Assembly (NCBI GenBank): GCA_034414575.1
Contig: DAOULZ010000011.1
Location: 14,318-78,317, forward strand
Origin: Dehalococcoidales bacterium
GTDB taxonomy: Bacteria > Chloroflexota > Dehalococcoidia > Dehalococcoidales > UBA5760
Reading direction: 5' to 3'
Length of the DNA: 64,000 nt
Shown here in pieces: positions 8,243-17,376 of the stretch (within the stretch, counting starts at the first letter, position 1; each line of letters opens with the position of its first letter). Below the pieces are notes generated by a model. The model saw only the letters and a list, made by a program, of their open reading frames with translations. It did not search any database and was not told the origin of the DNA. The translations under genes and the position numbers were made by a program.

Positions 8243-9148
8243 GTGGCAACGCTGCCAGTGCCGGTGGAGGTCATATTGAATACAGTTGCTATCATGACTG
8301 ATACCGTCTCGCAGATGACCAAGGAATTGGCTGATGCTTACGATATTAAACTAGTACCGATAACTATAGTTATAGATGGGAAACCGTACCCCGAAACTGA
8401 GATAGAGCTTCAGTGGTATTACCAGCAAATACCGAAGTGGAAGGAGGCAGGCGATATGCCTACCTCTTCATCTGCCTCAATAGGTTATTTCATGCAAGCA
8501 TACAGAGATTTAAGCCAAAGGGCAGAGTCTATTCTATACATATGCTACAGCTCAAAGTTTAGTATGATGTTTAATACGGCAATGCAGGCGAAAGAGGGGG
8601 TTAAAGATGAGCTACCTCAAACTGCTATTGTTGTCATAGATACCCTCACCGTTTGCGGGGCCCAGATGCTCATTGCTATAGAAGCCGCTAGAGCCGCCGC
8701 TGCTGGTAGGAGTCTACCCGAGGTCTCTGAAATGACTAGCAATCTAGTAAATAGAGTTAACATGATTTCTTTGATTGATGACCTCTCTCTTCTGGCTAAG
8801 GGGGGTAGAATACATAAGGCTCTTCCTTGGGCAGGTTCCAAAGTTACCAACACAGCGTTGCTTGAGGTAGACGCATCCACTAAAGGAGAGATGACGCCTC
8901 TAGTTAGGTGCAAAACTCGAGAGCAAGGGCTGAAAAAATTGTTTGAAATAGTAAGTGAGAGAAGTGACGGCAGGAAGTTAAATGTAGCTATAAATCATGC
9001 TGATGCGCTGACTGAAGCCGAGGAGCTTAGGGAATTAACTTTGTCAAGGTTCCACTGCGAAAGCTGCTTTATTACTCCCACCTACCCTCTGGTAACACAC
9101 CATGATGGGCTGGGGGTTATTAAGTTTAGTTGGTGGGCAGTAGACTAA
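8243..9148 (+). CDS. DegV family protein (paralog of 6806..7678)
   Basis: Roughly half of residues are identical to the other DegV by eye (PKWKEA..PT.SS.SI, DELPQTAI.V.D, CGAQML, AARAAAAG.S.PEV, LAKGGRIH, INHADAL.EAEEL). The likely true start is TTG at 8276, which has GGAGG at 8266-8270. Confidence 0.8.
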   Translation: MATLPVPVEVILNTVAIMTDTVSQMTKELADAYDIKLVPITIVIDGKPYPETEIELQWYYQQIPKWKEAGDMPTSSSASIGYFMQAYRDLSQRAESILYICYSSKFSMMFNTAMQAKEGVKDELPQTAIVVIDTLTVCGAQMLIAIEAARAAAAGRSLPEVSEMTSNLVNRVNMISLIDDLSLLAKGGRIHKALPWAGSKVTNTALLEVDASTKGEMTPLVRCKTREQGLKKLFEIVSERSDGRKLNVAINHADALTEAEELRELTLSRFHCESCFITPTYPLVTHHDGLGVIKFSWWAVD

Positions 9149-9261
9149 GATAGATTGTTATTTCGTAAATAGCGATTTATCAGCATATACCACGGTGTTC
9201 AAGATAATGCCGTAAGGACACTTTTAATGAGTAGTCTTGTATAGAAAGGAGGGCATATTAA

Positions 9262-10443
9262 ATGATCAAGAAAGTAATTATTGTTATCATATCAGCGGTT
9301 TTAATCATTGGCGGGCTGGTGTCCTGCAAGAAGACTGAGCCGGTATCGTCTTATAGATTAGGCATCGTTGCCTCACAGACGGGCCAGTATGCCGGGCTGG
9401 GGCTTCAATCTCTGGAGGGCATACAGCTAATGGTCGATAAGCTAAATGAAGGTGGCGGTATAAACGGAGTTCCTCTTGAGCTGGTGATTTACGATGATAA
9501 GAGTCAGGCTACTGAAGCAACCCTGGCGGCTAAGAAGATGATAGATGTGGACGGAGTCCACATTCTGACTTCCGCCACCGCTACTGGTACCTCCATGAGT
9601 CTGGTGCCGATAGCTAATGAGAATAAGGTGCCGACGCTGATACTCAGCGGAACGACAATGTACGATGACCAACTCGGTGCCTGGGTTTTCCGACCCACCG
9701 GAACGGAGGCATCTTACGTTACCCTCAATTTCGAGTATTTACAGGGGCTGGGCATTTCCCGCTGTGCCACGCTGATCGAGAATTCCTCTTATGGTGAGGG
9801 GGGTAAGTTGTTTCTGCCCCAGATGAGCCCGGACTATAATCTGACTATCGTTGCGGAACAGTATTTTGACCCCACTGCCACCGACCTGACTCCCCAGCTA
9901 ACTAACATAAAGAATTCTGGGGCTGAGGCTATCTTCCTGTGGGGTGGCACTCCAGTGGCAACGCTGGCTGTCAAGCAGGCCCGGGAGATGGGTATTAGCC
10001 TGCCGATTATTGGTACGCCACCTAACGTGGCTCCCAACCTGGTGGCTGAATTTGGACAGTACTTTGAGATGGAGCCGTCTTTTGTGGCGAGCACCTCGAA
10101 GTTTGACATATGGAAGTATCTGGATGACACCGACCCTGATAAGGCGAAGTACAAAGATTTTGGGGAAGCGTTTGAGGCTAGATACGGCCACTCGGCATCC
10201 ATGTGGGGCCTTTTGGGTGGGCAGTTCGTCCTGTTTATTGAGGACGGCCTTAAGAGAGCAAATGCTGGACGGCTCGGTTTAGAAGAAGCCAGAAGCCAGA
10301 TCAGAGATGCCTTTGAGCAAGGCGACAGCCTCCAGCTGTACACTGGTATTTATACCATGTCCCCCGAAGACCATTTCGGTCAGACAGAATGGAGGATAGA
10401 GCTGGTTACCTTCAGAGACGGTGAGATGATTCCCCTGCCCTAG
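9262..10443 (+). CDS. ABC transporter substrate-binding lipoprotein, LivJ/LivK-like (branched-chain amino acid/amide family)
   Basis: 393 aa with a signal peptide and lipobox (GGLVSC). The periplasmic-binding-protein type I pattern is present. It is first in an operon with LivHMGF-like genes. Confidence 0.8.
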   Translation: MIKKVIIVIISAVLIIGGLVSCKKTEPVSSYRLGIVASQTGQYAGLGLQSLEGIQLMVDKLNEGGGINGVPLELVIYDDKSQATEATLAAKKMIDVDGVHILTSATATGTSMSLVPIANENKVPTLILSGTTMYDDQLGAWVFRPTGTEASYVTLNFEYLQGLGISRCATLIENSSYGEGGKLFLPQMSPDYNLTIVAEQYFDPTATDLTPQLTNIKNSGAEAIFLWGGTPVATLAVKQAREMGISLPIIGTPPNVAPNLVAEFGQYFEMEPSFVASTSKFDIWKYLDDTDPDKAKYKDFGEAFEARYGHSASMWGLLGGQFVLFIEDGLKRANAGRLGLEEARSQIRDAFEQGDSLQLYTGIYTMSPEDHFGQTEWRIELVTFRDGEMIPLP

Positions 10444-10478
10444 CGGGCGATGCTTACTGATGGCTAGGCGGAGGCAGC

Positions 10479-11351
10479 TTGGACTTTTCGACTGCTCTGC
10501 AGATCTTCTTTAGCGGCTTGAATCTGGGTAGCATCTATACCGCCTTGGGCTTGGGTTTTTTCGTGGTCTACAGTGTCACCCGGGTGCTTAACCTGGCTCA
10601 GGGTGAGTTTGTGATGCTCGGTGGGATGCTCACGGTTAGCTTCTACACCACGGGCATACCGCTCTTTTTCAGCGTACTACTGGCGGTGGTGATTACAGCG
10701 TCAGTCGGGGCCGGGTTCTACCGGTTCATTATCTACCCGGCGCGAAAATCCTCAGGTGCGACCAAGGTCTTTCTTAGCCTCGGTTTTGCCTTTATTATTG
10801 AGGGAGTGGCTCTACATGTCTGGGGGTGGGAATTCAGGAGCCTGCCGGCTTTTCTGAATACCCCAAGTATTCAGCTGGGGGGAGCGACTATCTTCGGCCA
10901 GACCCCTTGGGTTATCGGGGTGACCCTGGTCATGGTGATTGGCCTGTTCTTCTATTTTGGGCGCACTATCCAGGGCAAGGCCCTGCGCGCCTGTGCCAAT
11001 GAACCCCTAGGGGCAAAGCTGATGGGGATAAGCATAGAAAGAATGGCCCTATTCTCTTTCATTCTGGCATCTGGTCTGGGCGCGGTGGTTGGTGCCCTGA
11101 TAACTCCGTTAACGATGACTTCCTATAGTATGGGCTTACCATTAGCTGCCAAGGGACTCCTAGCGGCCTTTGTAGGGGGGATAACTAGAGCTGAAGGGGT
11201 TATACTGGGCGGTTTTATTTTTGGGATGATTGAGGCAATAACAGCCGGAGTAATACCGGGCGGCTACCATAATGCTATTGCCCCGATAATTCTAGTGGTA
11301 ATCTTCCTGGCTCGGCGTCGTGGATTATTGGTTACTGCAGGACAAGGATAA
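10479..11351 (+). CDS. livH: branched-chain amino acid ABC permease, LivH-like
   Basis: 290-aa polytopic membrane protein with the LivH-type N-terminus (LNLGSIYTALGLGFFVVYSV...LNLAQGEF). Confidence 0.8.
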   Translation: MDFSTALQIFFSGLNLGSIYTALGLGFFVVYSVTRVLNLAQGEFVMLGGMLTVSFYTTGIPLFFSVLLAVVITASVGAGFYRFIIYPARKSSGATKVFLSLGFAFIIEGVALHVWGWEFRSLPAFLNTPSIQLGGATIFGQTPWVIGVTLVMVIGLFFYFGRTIQGKALRACANEPLGAKLMGISIERMALFSFILASGLGAVVGALITPLTMTSYSMGLPLAAKGLLAAFVGGITRAEGVILGGFIFGMIEAITAGVIPGGYHNAIAPIILVVIFLARRRGLLVTAGQG

Positions 11352-11353
11352 GG

Positions 11354-12382
11354 ATGTTAACTCAACCCAGAGTCATTGGAGAAGTATCTAAAAAGGTGGC
11401 AGCAAAGCCGCAGAATCTGGTGATCGCCTTATTTGCCATTATATTGCTGACCATACCCTTGGGTGCCAGTCCTTACCCCATTACAGTTATGGTAGACATC
11501 GGGCTTTATTCTATGATAACCATGGGGCTCATTATGTTGATGGGTCTGGCAGGGCAGATATCTCTAGGGCACGCTGCCTTTTTTGGCTGTGGCGCCTATG
11601 TTTCCGGTATCCTTACTACCCAGTATAACTTTGCACCCTGGCCGGCCCTCTTTCTAGCCGCGGTTATCACTGGTGGTATCGCGGGCTTTATTGGCCGATT
11701 TATGTTCAAGTTACACGGGCTTATTCTGGCTGGGGTAACCCTGGCCCTGAACCTGGTATTCTATCACCTGGTTAGTAGCCTGATAGATTTGACCGGTGGT
11801 GCCATGGGTATGATGAACATCCCGCCGCTGTCACTGGGCCCATTTACCTCTCAAAATCTGTTCTTCAATTACTACCTGGTATGGATAATCGCCATGCTGC
11901 TCCTTGTCTTTTCACTGAACTTGGCCGATTCCCGGCCTGGGAGGGCCCTAAGGGCCCTAAATACTCATGCCGGCGGTAGTGAAGATGCCGCCCAGGTTTT
12001 GGGGGTAGATATAACCAAGTACAAGGTATGGGTTTTTGTCCTAAGTGCTGTCTATGCCAGCCTGGCGGGCAGCGTATATGCCCATTATACCCGCATCATA
12101 GAGCCCGGTACCTTTACAGTCCAGCTTTCGGCCATGGTAGCCTTAATGGCCATTATTGGTGGCCGGTCGAGTCCTTGGGGGGCCTTCCTGGGAGCTGGGC
12201 TCATTGTGGGTTTACGTCAGCTGTTACGGGAAGCCATCCCGGCTTTAGTTGGTGGCCTTAGTGGTTCCTATGAGCTTATAGCCTATGGTATTATTCTTGT
12301 GGTAGCCCTGCTCTTTCTGCCTCAGGGTTTGATTTCACTGATTCGCAGGGCAAAGCCCAAAAGGGAGACAGTAGTTAGATGA
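11354..12382 (+). CDS. livM: branched-chain amino acid ABC permease, LivM-like
   Basis: 342-aa polytopic protein containing GQISLGHAAFFGCGAY. Its stop overlaps the next start (ATGA at 12379-12382). Confidence 0.8.
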   Translation: MLTQPRVIGEVSKKVAAKPQNLVIALFAIILLTIPLGASPYPITVMVDIGLYSMITMGLIMLMGLAGQISLGHAAFFGCGAYVSGILTTQYNFAPWPALFLAAVITGGIAGFIGRFMFKLHGLILAGVTLALNLVFYHLVSSLIDLTGGAMGMMNIPPLSLGPFTSQNLFFNYYLVWIIAMLLLVFSLNLADSRPGRALRALNTHAGGSEDAAQVLGVDITKYKVWVFVLSAVYASLAGSVYAHYTRIIEPGTFTVQLSAMVALMAIIGGRSSPWGAFLGAGLIVGLRQLLREAIPALVGGLSGSYELIAYGIILVVALLFLPQGLISLIRRAKPKRETVVR

Positions 12383-13230
12383 AAGCAAGCCTGGCTGGCA
12401 TAAAGACGGCTCTAAGACCTGACAAGAAAGGGGAGAGGGGTATCGCAGATACGCATCTACTTGAGGTAAGTAATGTGTCAATGACTTTTGGCGTTCTTAC
12501 CGTCCTTAAAAAGGTGAGCTTTTCGGTTTCTAAGGGGAGTATTCTGGTCATGATTGGCCCCAATGGAGCCGGGAAATCTACTCTGCTTAAGCTTATCAGC
12601 GGGCTTCTGCCCCTCGCCGAAGGGGAGCTCCGGTTCAAACAGCAAAAGATAAACGGTATGGCCCCACACCAAATCGCCTCACTCGGCGTGAGCCAGCTGT
12701 TTCAGGATATACAGCTCTTCCTGAATATGTCTATCATCGAGAATGTTATGGTTGGGTGTCACCTGCAATCTAAGACTGACTTCATGAGTTCTGGATTGAG
12801 GTTGGCCCGGGCTAGAGTTGATGAGCGGAGTATTTTTGAGGCAGCCATGAAACAATTATCCCTGGTGGGCTTATCGGAGAGAGCCTTTAGCCGTCCTGGC
12901 AGTCTCTCCTGGGGTCAGCAGAAGCTTGTCGGTCTGGCTCGGGCTTTGGCTACCGGTTCTGAGCTACTGCTTCTAGACGAGCCTTACAGCGGTTTGTTAT
13001 CGGATGAAGTGGATAAGCTGAATCAGTTGATTCGCCAGCTTCAGAGTCAAGGGATAACTATCTTGATTGTGGAGCATCTAACCGATATATTAATGGGGAT
13101 TGCTAGTCAGGTAATTGTTCTAGATCACGGGGAGAAGATTGCCGAGGGTACCCCGGCTGAGATACAGAAGAATAAGCGGGTGATAGACGCTTACCTGGGC
13201 GGTGAGCAGTTGGAAAGCGAGGGGAGCTAA
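12379..13230 (+). CDS. livG: ABC ATPase, LivG-like
   Basis: Walker A GPNGAGKST, signature LSWGQQKLV, Walker B LLLLDEP, H-loop IVEH. Confidence 0.85.
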   Translation: MKASLAGIKTALRPDKKGERGIADTHLLEVSNVSMTFGVLTVLKKVSFSVSKGSILVMIGPNGAGKSTLLKLISGLLPLAEGELRFKQQKINGMAPHQIASLGVSQLFQDIQLFLNMSIIENVMVGCHLQSKTDFMSSGLRLARARVDERSIFEAAMKQLSLVGLSERAFSRPGSLSWGQQKLVGLARALATGSELLLLDEPYSGLLSDEVDKLNQLIRQLQSQGITILIVEHLTDILMGIASQVIVLDHGEKIAEGTPAEIQKNKRVIDAYLGGEQLESEGS

Positions 13231-13981
13231 TTCCGTGACTACCGGTAATCACGCAATACTAAAGCTGAATGGCGTCTATGCTAATTATGGGTCGGTGCCG
13301 GCCTTGCGTGGAGTGTCTCTTCATGTCAGGCAGGGGGAAATTGTAGTTCTCATTGGACACCATGGCTCCGGAAAGACGGCAATACTGAAAGTAATTTCTG
13401 GTCTGCTCTCTGTAGTTAGCGGTGAGGTGCTTTTCGGTGAATCCCCAATCCATAGGTTGCCTCCGGAGAAGATAGTGCCGCTGGGAATATCCTATGTAGA
13501 TGAAATGAAGTTGCTCTTTCCGGCGATGAGTGTCATTGACAACCTCATCTTGGGGGCTTATCACCGGCACGGGAAAGAGGGGCGAGACGACATCGACCAG
13601 GATATCCAGACTGTGTATCAGCTCTTCCCGGTGCTTAAGGAGCGGAGGAAGCAATATGCGGGGACTCTATCTGGGGGGGAACAGCAAATGCTGGCCATTG
13701 GCCGGGCCCTTATGTCTCATCCGAGGTTACTCTTGCTGGACTGCCCGACGTTGGGGCTGGCTCCTCAGTTAGTAAAAAAGGTAGTCAGGGCAATCGCTGA
13801 GCTAAGGGACCGAGGGGTTACCATTCTTTTGATTGACCAGAAACTTGAGCAGGTCATCAATATCGTCGACCGAGGATATGCGATAGAAGATGGCCGGGCT
13901 ATCTTTGAGAGCTCTCCCGAAGAATTGCTCTCCTTAGAGGGCAGCAAGGCCTATTTAGCCAGAGAAGTTAATCAGGAGTAA
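13202..13981 (+). CDS. livF: ABC ATPase, LivF-like, with Cys in place of the catalytic Glu after Walker B
   Basis: Walker A GHHGSGKT, signature LSGGEQQML, Walker B LLLLDC (DNA: ctg gac tgc ccg). An alternative start is GTG at 13235. Confidence 0.8.
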   Translation: MSSWKARGANSVTTGNHAILKLNGVYANYGSVPALRGVSLHVRQGEIVVLIGHHGSGKTAILKVISGLLSVVSGEVLFGESPIHRLPPEKIVPLGISYVDEMKLLFPAMSVIDNLILGAYHRHGKEGRDDIDQDIQTVYQLFPVLKERRKQYAGTLSGGEQQMLAIGRALMSHPRLLLLDCPTLGLAPQLVKKVVRAIAELRDRGVTILLIDQKLEQVINIVDRGYAIEDGRAIFESSPEELLSLEGSKAYLAREVNQE

Positions 13982-14019
13982 GGTTATAGAAGCCCTGAGT
14001 TCTAGGGGGTGTAGTTGAA

Positions 14020-14697
14020 ATGACAGAATCAAGAATTCCTCAGACAGACCTGAAAGAGAGGGAAAGGTTTTTTGCCCGGATCTATGATGATATGACATAC
14101 GGCATGTTGGATGACGGCTGGCTCAGACCCCAGTATCTCGAGCCAATTATAAGAGCCGGGATTGCCTCTGGCTTGGTTCTTGAGGTTGGTTCCGGGCCGG
14201 GATACCTCAGCTTGGAGTGGCTTAAGAGCACCGAGGGCACTACCCTCAAGTGCTTGGATATTGACGATAATATGATCGCTACTGCCAGAGAGCACGCTAA
14301 CCAGTACGGATTATCAGACAGGGTTGAGTATGTCAAGGCAGATGCCAGCCAGATGCCGTTCGAAGATGAGCATTTCGACGCTGTCTTTTCTAACTGCTCT
14401 CTACACGAATGGGCACATCCAGAACCGATCCTTAATGAAATCAACCGGGTTTTAAAGCCAAGTGGCCGGTACTGTATTGTTGACCTAAGGCGTGACATGA
14501 AACCACGGGTCAAGCAGTTTCTCTGGGCTAAGACTCAGCCGGAGGAGATGCGTCCCACCTGCCTATCGGCAATCGAGGCTGCTTACACCGCTAGCGAGAT
14601 AGAGGTCATGCTCAGCAGAACAAAACTCCGGAATTGGAATATCGAAGAGAATTTTTGGGGACTTGTTATCTCAGGCCAAAAACCGCCCCGGGGATGA
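14020..14697 (+). CDS. class I SAM-dependent methyltransferase
   Basis: Motif I VLEVGSGPG; FDAVFSNCSLHEW; LKPSGRY. Confidence 0.75.
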   Translation: MTESRIPQTDLKERERFFARIYDDMTYGMLDDGWLRPQYLEPIIRAGIASGLVLEVGSGPGYLSLEWLKSTEGTTLKCLDIDDNMIATAREHANQYGLSDRVEYVKADASQMPFEDEHFDAVFSNCSLHEWAHPEPILNEINRVLKPSGRYCIVDLRRDMKPRVKQFLWAKTQPEEMRPTCLSAIEAAYTASEIEVMLSRTKLRNWNIEENFWGLVISGQKPPRG

Positions 14698-14861
14698 GGC
14701 CTGCCTCCTCAGAGTTACCGCTTACTAGAAAGTTAGTCCCCACCCTTCTTTAAGCATTCTACCAATAAGTCCCCTAGTCTCTCCGTGATGTCAGTCTAGG
14801 GTTAGTTCCCTCTGAAAAAAGGAAAAGATCCCCCGAAGAAAGCCCTAGTGCTAACAGGTTA

Positions 14862-14890
14862 TTGACAAACGACATATAATGTGCCAATAT
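14862..14890 (+). promoter_or_regulatory. candidate sigma70-type promoter (TTGACA-17-CAATAT)
   Basis: TTGACA at 14862-14867, a 17-nt spacer, then CAATAT at 14885-14890, inside a 770-bp gene-free gap. Confidence 0.3.
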
Positions 14891-14977
14891 ATAGACAGGT
14901 GGCATTCATAACATCACCAGGGGAGAAAAGGCTAGTGTTGCTACCTTGGCATAGCCTCCAAGAGAGGCGGTATTACT

Positions 14978-15118
14978 ATGAGTGCGGCGATGGTTAATTA
15001 CATGAGGAAGGTCTGGTTCCGAATAAGGTGGCTTACCATGTCTGATAGGGAGCGGTATGCTTACCTGTGGAATCGGACCAAATGCAGCCACTGGCGCCAT
15101 GCCCATTCCTTCCGCTAG
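14978..15118 (+). CDS. candidate 46-codon small ORF (basic, Trp-rich)
   Basis: It is below the ORF-track length cutoff. ATG at 14978 is preceded by AGAGAGGCGG. Translation: MSAAMVNYMRKVWFRIRWLTMSDRERYAYLWNRTKCSHWRHAHSFR. I recognise no family. Confidence 0.2.
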   Translation: MSAAMVNYMRKVWFRIRWLTMSDRERYAYLWNRTKCSHWRHAHSFR

Positions 15119-15466
15119 GCTCAGCCATCGGGTTATTAAGCAAGCCTAGCTTTGGGTTATGACACTCTAGTTCAGTTTACCTTCCGTTAGCTTCATACCG
15201 CTGGACTCCTTTCGACCCCCCAAACTGATTTAAAAGGCTTGAGTCCCTTTTTCGCATCCCCCCGTCCCATCTTTTAGGCCGCTATTCTGGTTTAATGGTT
15301 CGCCAATACCCAAAAGTAGGAAGCAGGTTTTTTGTGGTAGTCATCCAGTCCGAGTGGCCAATTGGTTATCCTGTCGTTATCAAGCCGGTATCTGGTATAA
15401 TAATTATGGGGTAACCGACGAATACAGATTTCATCTCGGTGAGAATAAACAGACTAGGGAAAGAAG

Positions 15467-16033
15467 ATGAATCTTACTCCGGGAGAAAACCAGAGGTATC
15501 TTGATGAGTTTGCCGCCTCGATTGAACAGGGGCAGCGACTGGTACGGGGCAAGGGACAATTCATAGGCCCCATCTCGATGCGGGCCGAAGGTATCAATGC
15601 TAACCTGTTACTCTTGGAAGACAGGGTCCGCTTACAGCGGAGGGAGGAGAAGACCTTTCTCAATCAGGGGTTTAAAGGTGAAAGAGACATATTGTTTTCC
15701 CAAATCTCATCGGTGCGGATGAAAAAGGCTACTACGCTGGGTAGCGGCTATATCCATTTTTCCCTTTTCGGTAAGGATGAGACCAATGGGATTGATCCGA
15801 CTCGAAGTGAAAATACGGTGATGTTTAGGGGTGCCCGTCAGCCAGAGTTTGATAGGATCAAAGTGGCCATAGAAACGAAGATAGCTGCTTCGAAGAAAGT
15901 TGCCGCCCTCAAGCCCCAGCTGAGTACAATATCGTATATTGAAGAGCTGGAACAGCTCGCCTTGCTCAGGAACAAGGGTGTCATCACTGAAGAGGAATTC
16001 GCGGCCAAGAAGCGCCAGATACTAGGGATATAA
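15467..16033 (+). CDS. SHOCT-domain protein (bPH/DUF4429-like N-terminal region plus C-terminal SHOCT)
   Basis: The C-terminus IEELEQLALLRNKGVITEEEFAAKKRQILGI is a textbook SHOCT motif. Confidence 0.65.
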   Translation: MNLTPGENQRYLDEFAASIEQGQRLVRGKGQFIGPISMRAEGINANLLLLEDRVRLQRREEKTFLNQGFKGERDILFSQISSVRMKKATTLGSGYIHFSLFGKDETNGIDPTRSENTVMFRGARQPEFDRIKVAIETKIAASKKVAALKPQLSTISYIEELEQLALLRNKGVITEEEFAAKKRQILGI

Positions 16034-16101
16034 AATCCTGTAAACTACCGACTCCAGGCTTCTTATTGACTCTACTAAATATGCCCGTTTGTGCTTTACT
16101 C

Positions 16102-17376
16102 TCACAGTGTCCGGTAATAAAACCCCGCTTTTCCGGCTTCAGCAGCATCAAAGATGCCCCGGACATCTATTAGGACTGGGTTAGAATTCTGCATTCCCTT
16201 GAGGTCATTCAGGGTGAGACCGAGGAAGAAGGAATGAGCCACACTAACAATGACACCGTCGGCCTGGAATTGTTTTATCTCAGTCAGATCCCTCAGCAGT
16301 CTTATGCCGAACTCATTTTGAAAGCCGGCTCCGCTTAATAAAGGATCAAAGCCCGCTATTGCTACCCCGTATTCCCTAAGCTGCCTTACTACCCCCTTGA
16401 TCGGGCATTCCCGAGTGTCGGCAACATCTTTCTTATAGGTAAGCCCCATAATCAGCACCCGCGAGCCTTTAATGACCTTCCCCGCTTCGTTGAGGGCTTT
16501 TATGGTCATCTCAGCGACGTGCTTGGGCATGTGGTCATTGATGGCTCTGCCGGCCAGGATAACTTGAGGATGGTAACCAAGCTCTTTGGCCTTGTAAACT
16601 AGGTAATAAGGATCGACAGGAATACAATGCCCCCCGACCAGCCCTGGCGAGTAGCGGTGAAAGTTCCATTTAGTGGCTGCGGTATCGAGGACATCCTTGA
16701 TACTAAGACCCATCTCCGCAAATACTAGTGCTAGCTCGTTGGTGAGGGCTATATTTAGGTCGCGTTGTACATTCTCAACGACCTTAGCTGCTTCAGCCGT
16801 CTTTATATCCTTGGCCACAAAAATCTGCGCGCTTACTTTCCGGTAAAGCTCGGCAGCAAGTTTGGTAGTCTCCCGGTCCATCCCGCTAATTACCTTAGTA
16901 ATCTTATCTAAGGCGTGACGGTTGTCTCCAGGGTCTTCTCTCTCCGGGGAGTAGGCGAGCTTAAAATCTTGGCCGCACTTGAGTCCCGATTCCTGCTCCA
17001 GAATAGGCTTCACTATTTCCTCGGTGACACCGGGATAGACTGTAGACTCTAAAACGACTAAACTTCCTTTCTTCATAGTCTGGCCTACGGTTCTGGCAGC
17101 GCTTGTAACATAAGAGAGGTCAGGCTCTTTAGACCTTGTCACCGGGGTGGGAACACAGATGATAATAAAATCGGCTTTACCCATCTCCTGAGGATTATCG
17201 GTGAAATGCAAATCCTGACTATTATTATCTAGGCTCAGTTTTTTTATCTTGGCGCTGTCGGTGTCAAAACCGATGACTTCAAGGCTTTTGGCGAAGGCCC
17301 TGGCTAGAGGCAAACCGACATAGCCAAGACCGACGACGCCAATAATGGATTCATTGCGTCTCATCTTATTGTTCAT
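16102..17376 (-). CDS. nucleotide-sugar 6-dehydrogenase (WbpA/WbpO/TviB-like, UDP-N-acetylhexosamine dehydrogenase family)
   Basis: GVVGLGYVGLPLA NAD fold and catalytic GGHCIPVDP; 424 aa. It overlaps the upstream epimerase gene by 11 nt. Confidence 0.8.
   Translation of the reverse strand: MNNKMRRNESIIGVVGLGYVGLPLARAFAKSLEVIGFDTDSAKIKKLSLDNNSQDLHFTDNPQEMGKADFIIICVPTPVTRSKEPDLSYVTSAARTVGQTMKKGSLVVLESTVYPGVTEEIVKPILEQESGLKCGQDFKLAYSPEREDPGDNRHALDKITKVISGMDRETTKLAAELYRKVSAQIFVAKDIKTAEAAKVVENVQRDLNIALTNELALVFAEMGLSIKDVLDTAATKWNFHRYSPGLVGGHCIPVDPYYLVYKAKELGYHPQVILAGRAINDHMPKHVAEMTIKALNEAGKVIKGSRVLIMGLTYKKDVADTRECPIKGVVRQLREYGVAIAGFDPLLSGAGFQNEFGIRLLRDLTEIKQFQADGVIVSVAHSFFLGLTLNDLKGMQNSNPVLIDVRGIFDAAEAGKAGFYYRTL

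Noticed and set aside
14995-15040. GAGGAAGGTCTGG resembling the RNase P CR-I (GAGGAAAGUCCGGGC) or the SRP domain IV motif.
   Set aside because: The match is partial. None of the other universally conserved RNase P, SRP or tmRNA blocks could be found in the gap on either strand.
15080-15100. GCCACTG string resembling the cobalamin-riboswitch B12-box core.
   Set aside because: The other conserved riboswitch blocks (GGGAA..GGTG.AA.TCC, CCCGC.ACTGT) are not present around it. The downstream gene encodes a SHOCT protein and is unrelated to B12 metabolism.
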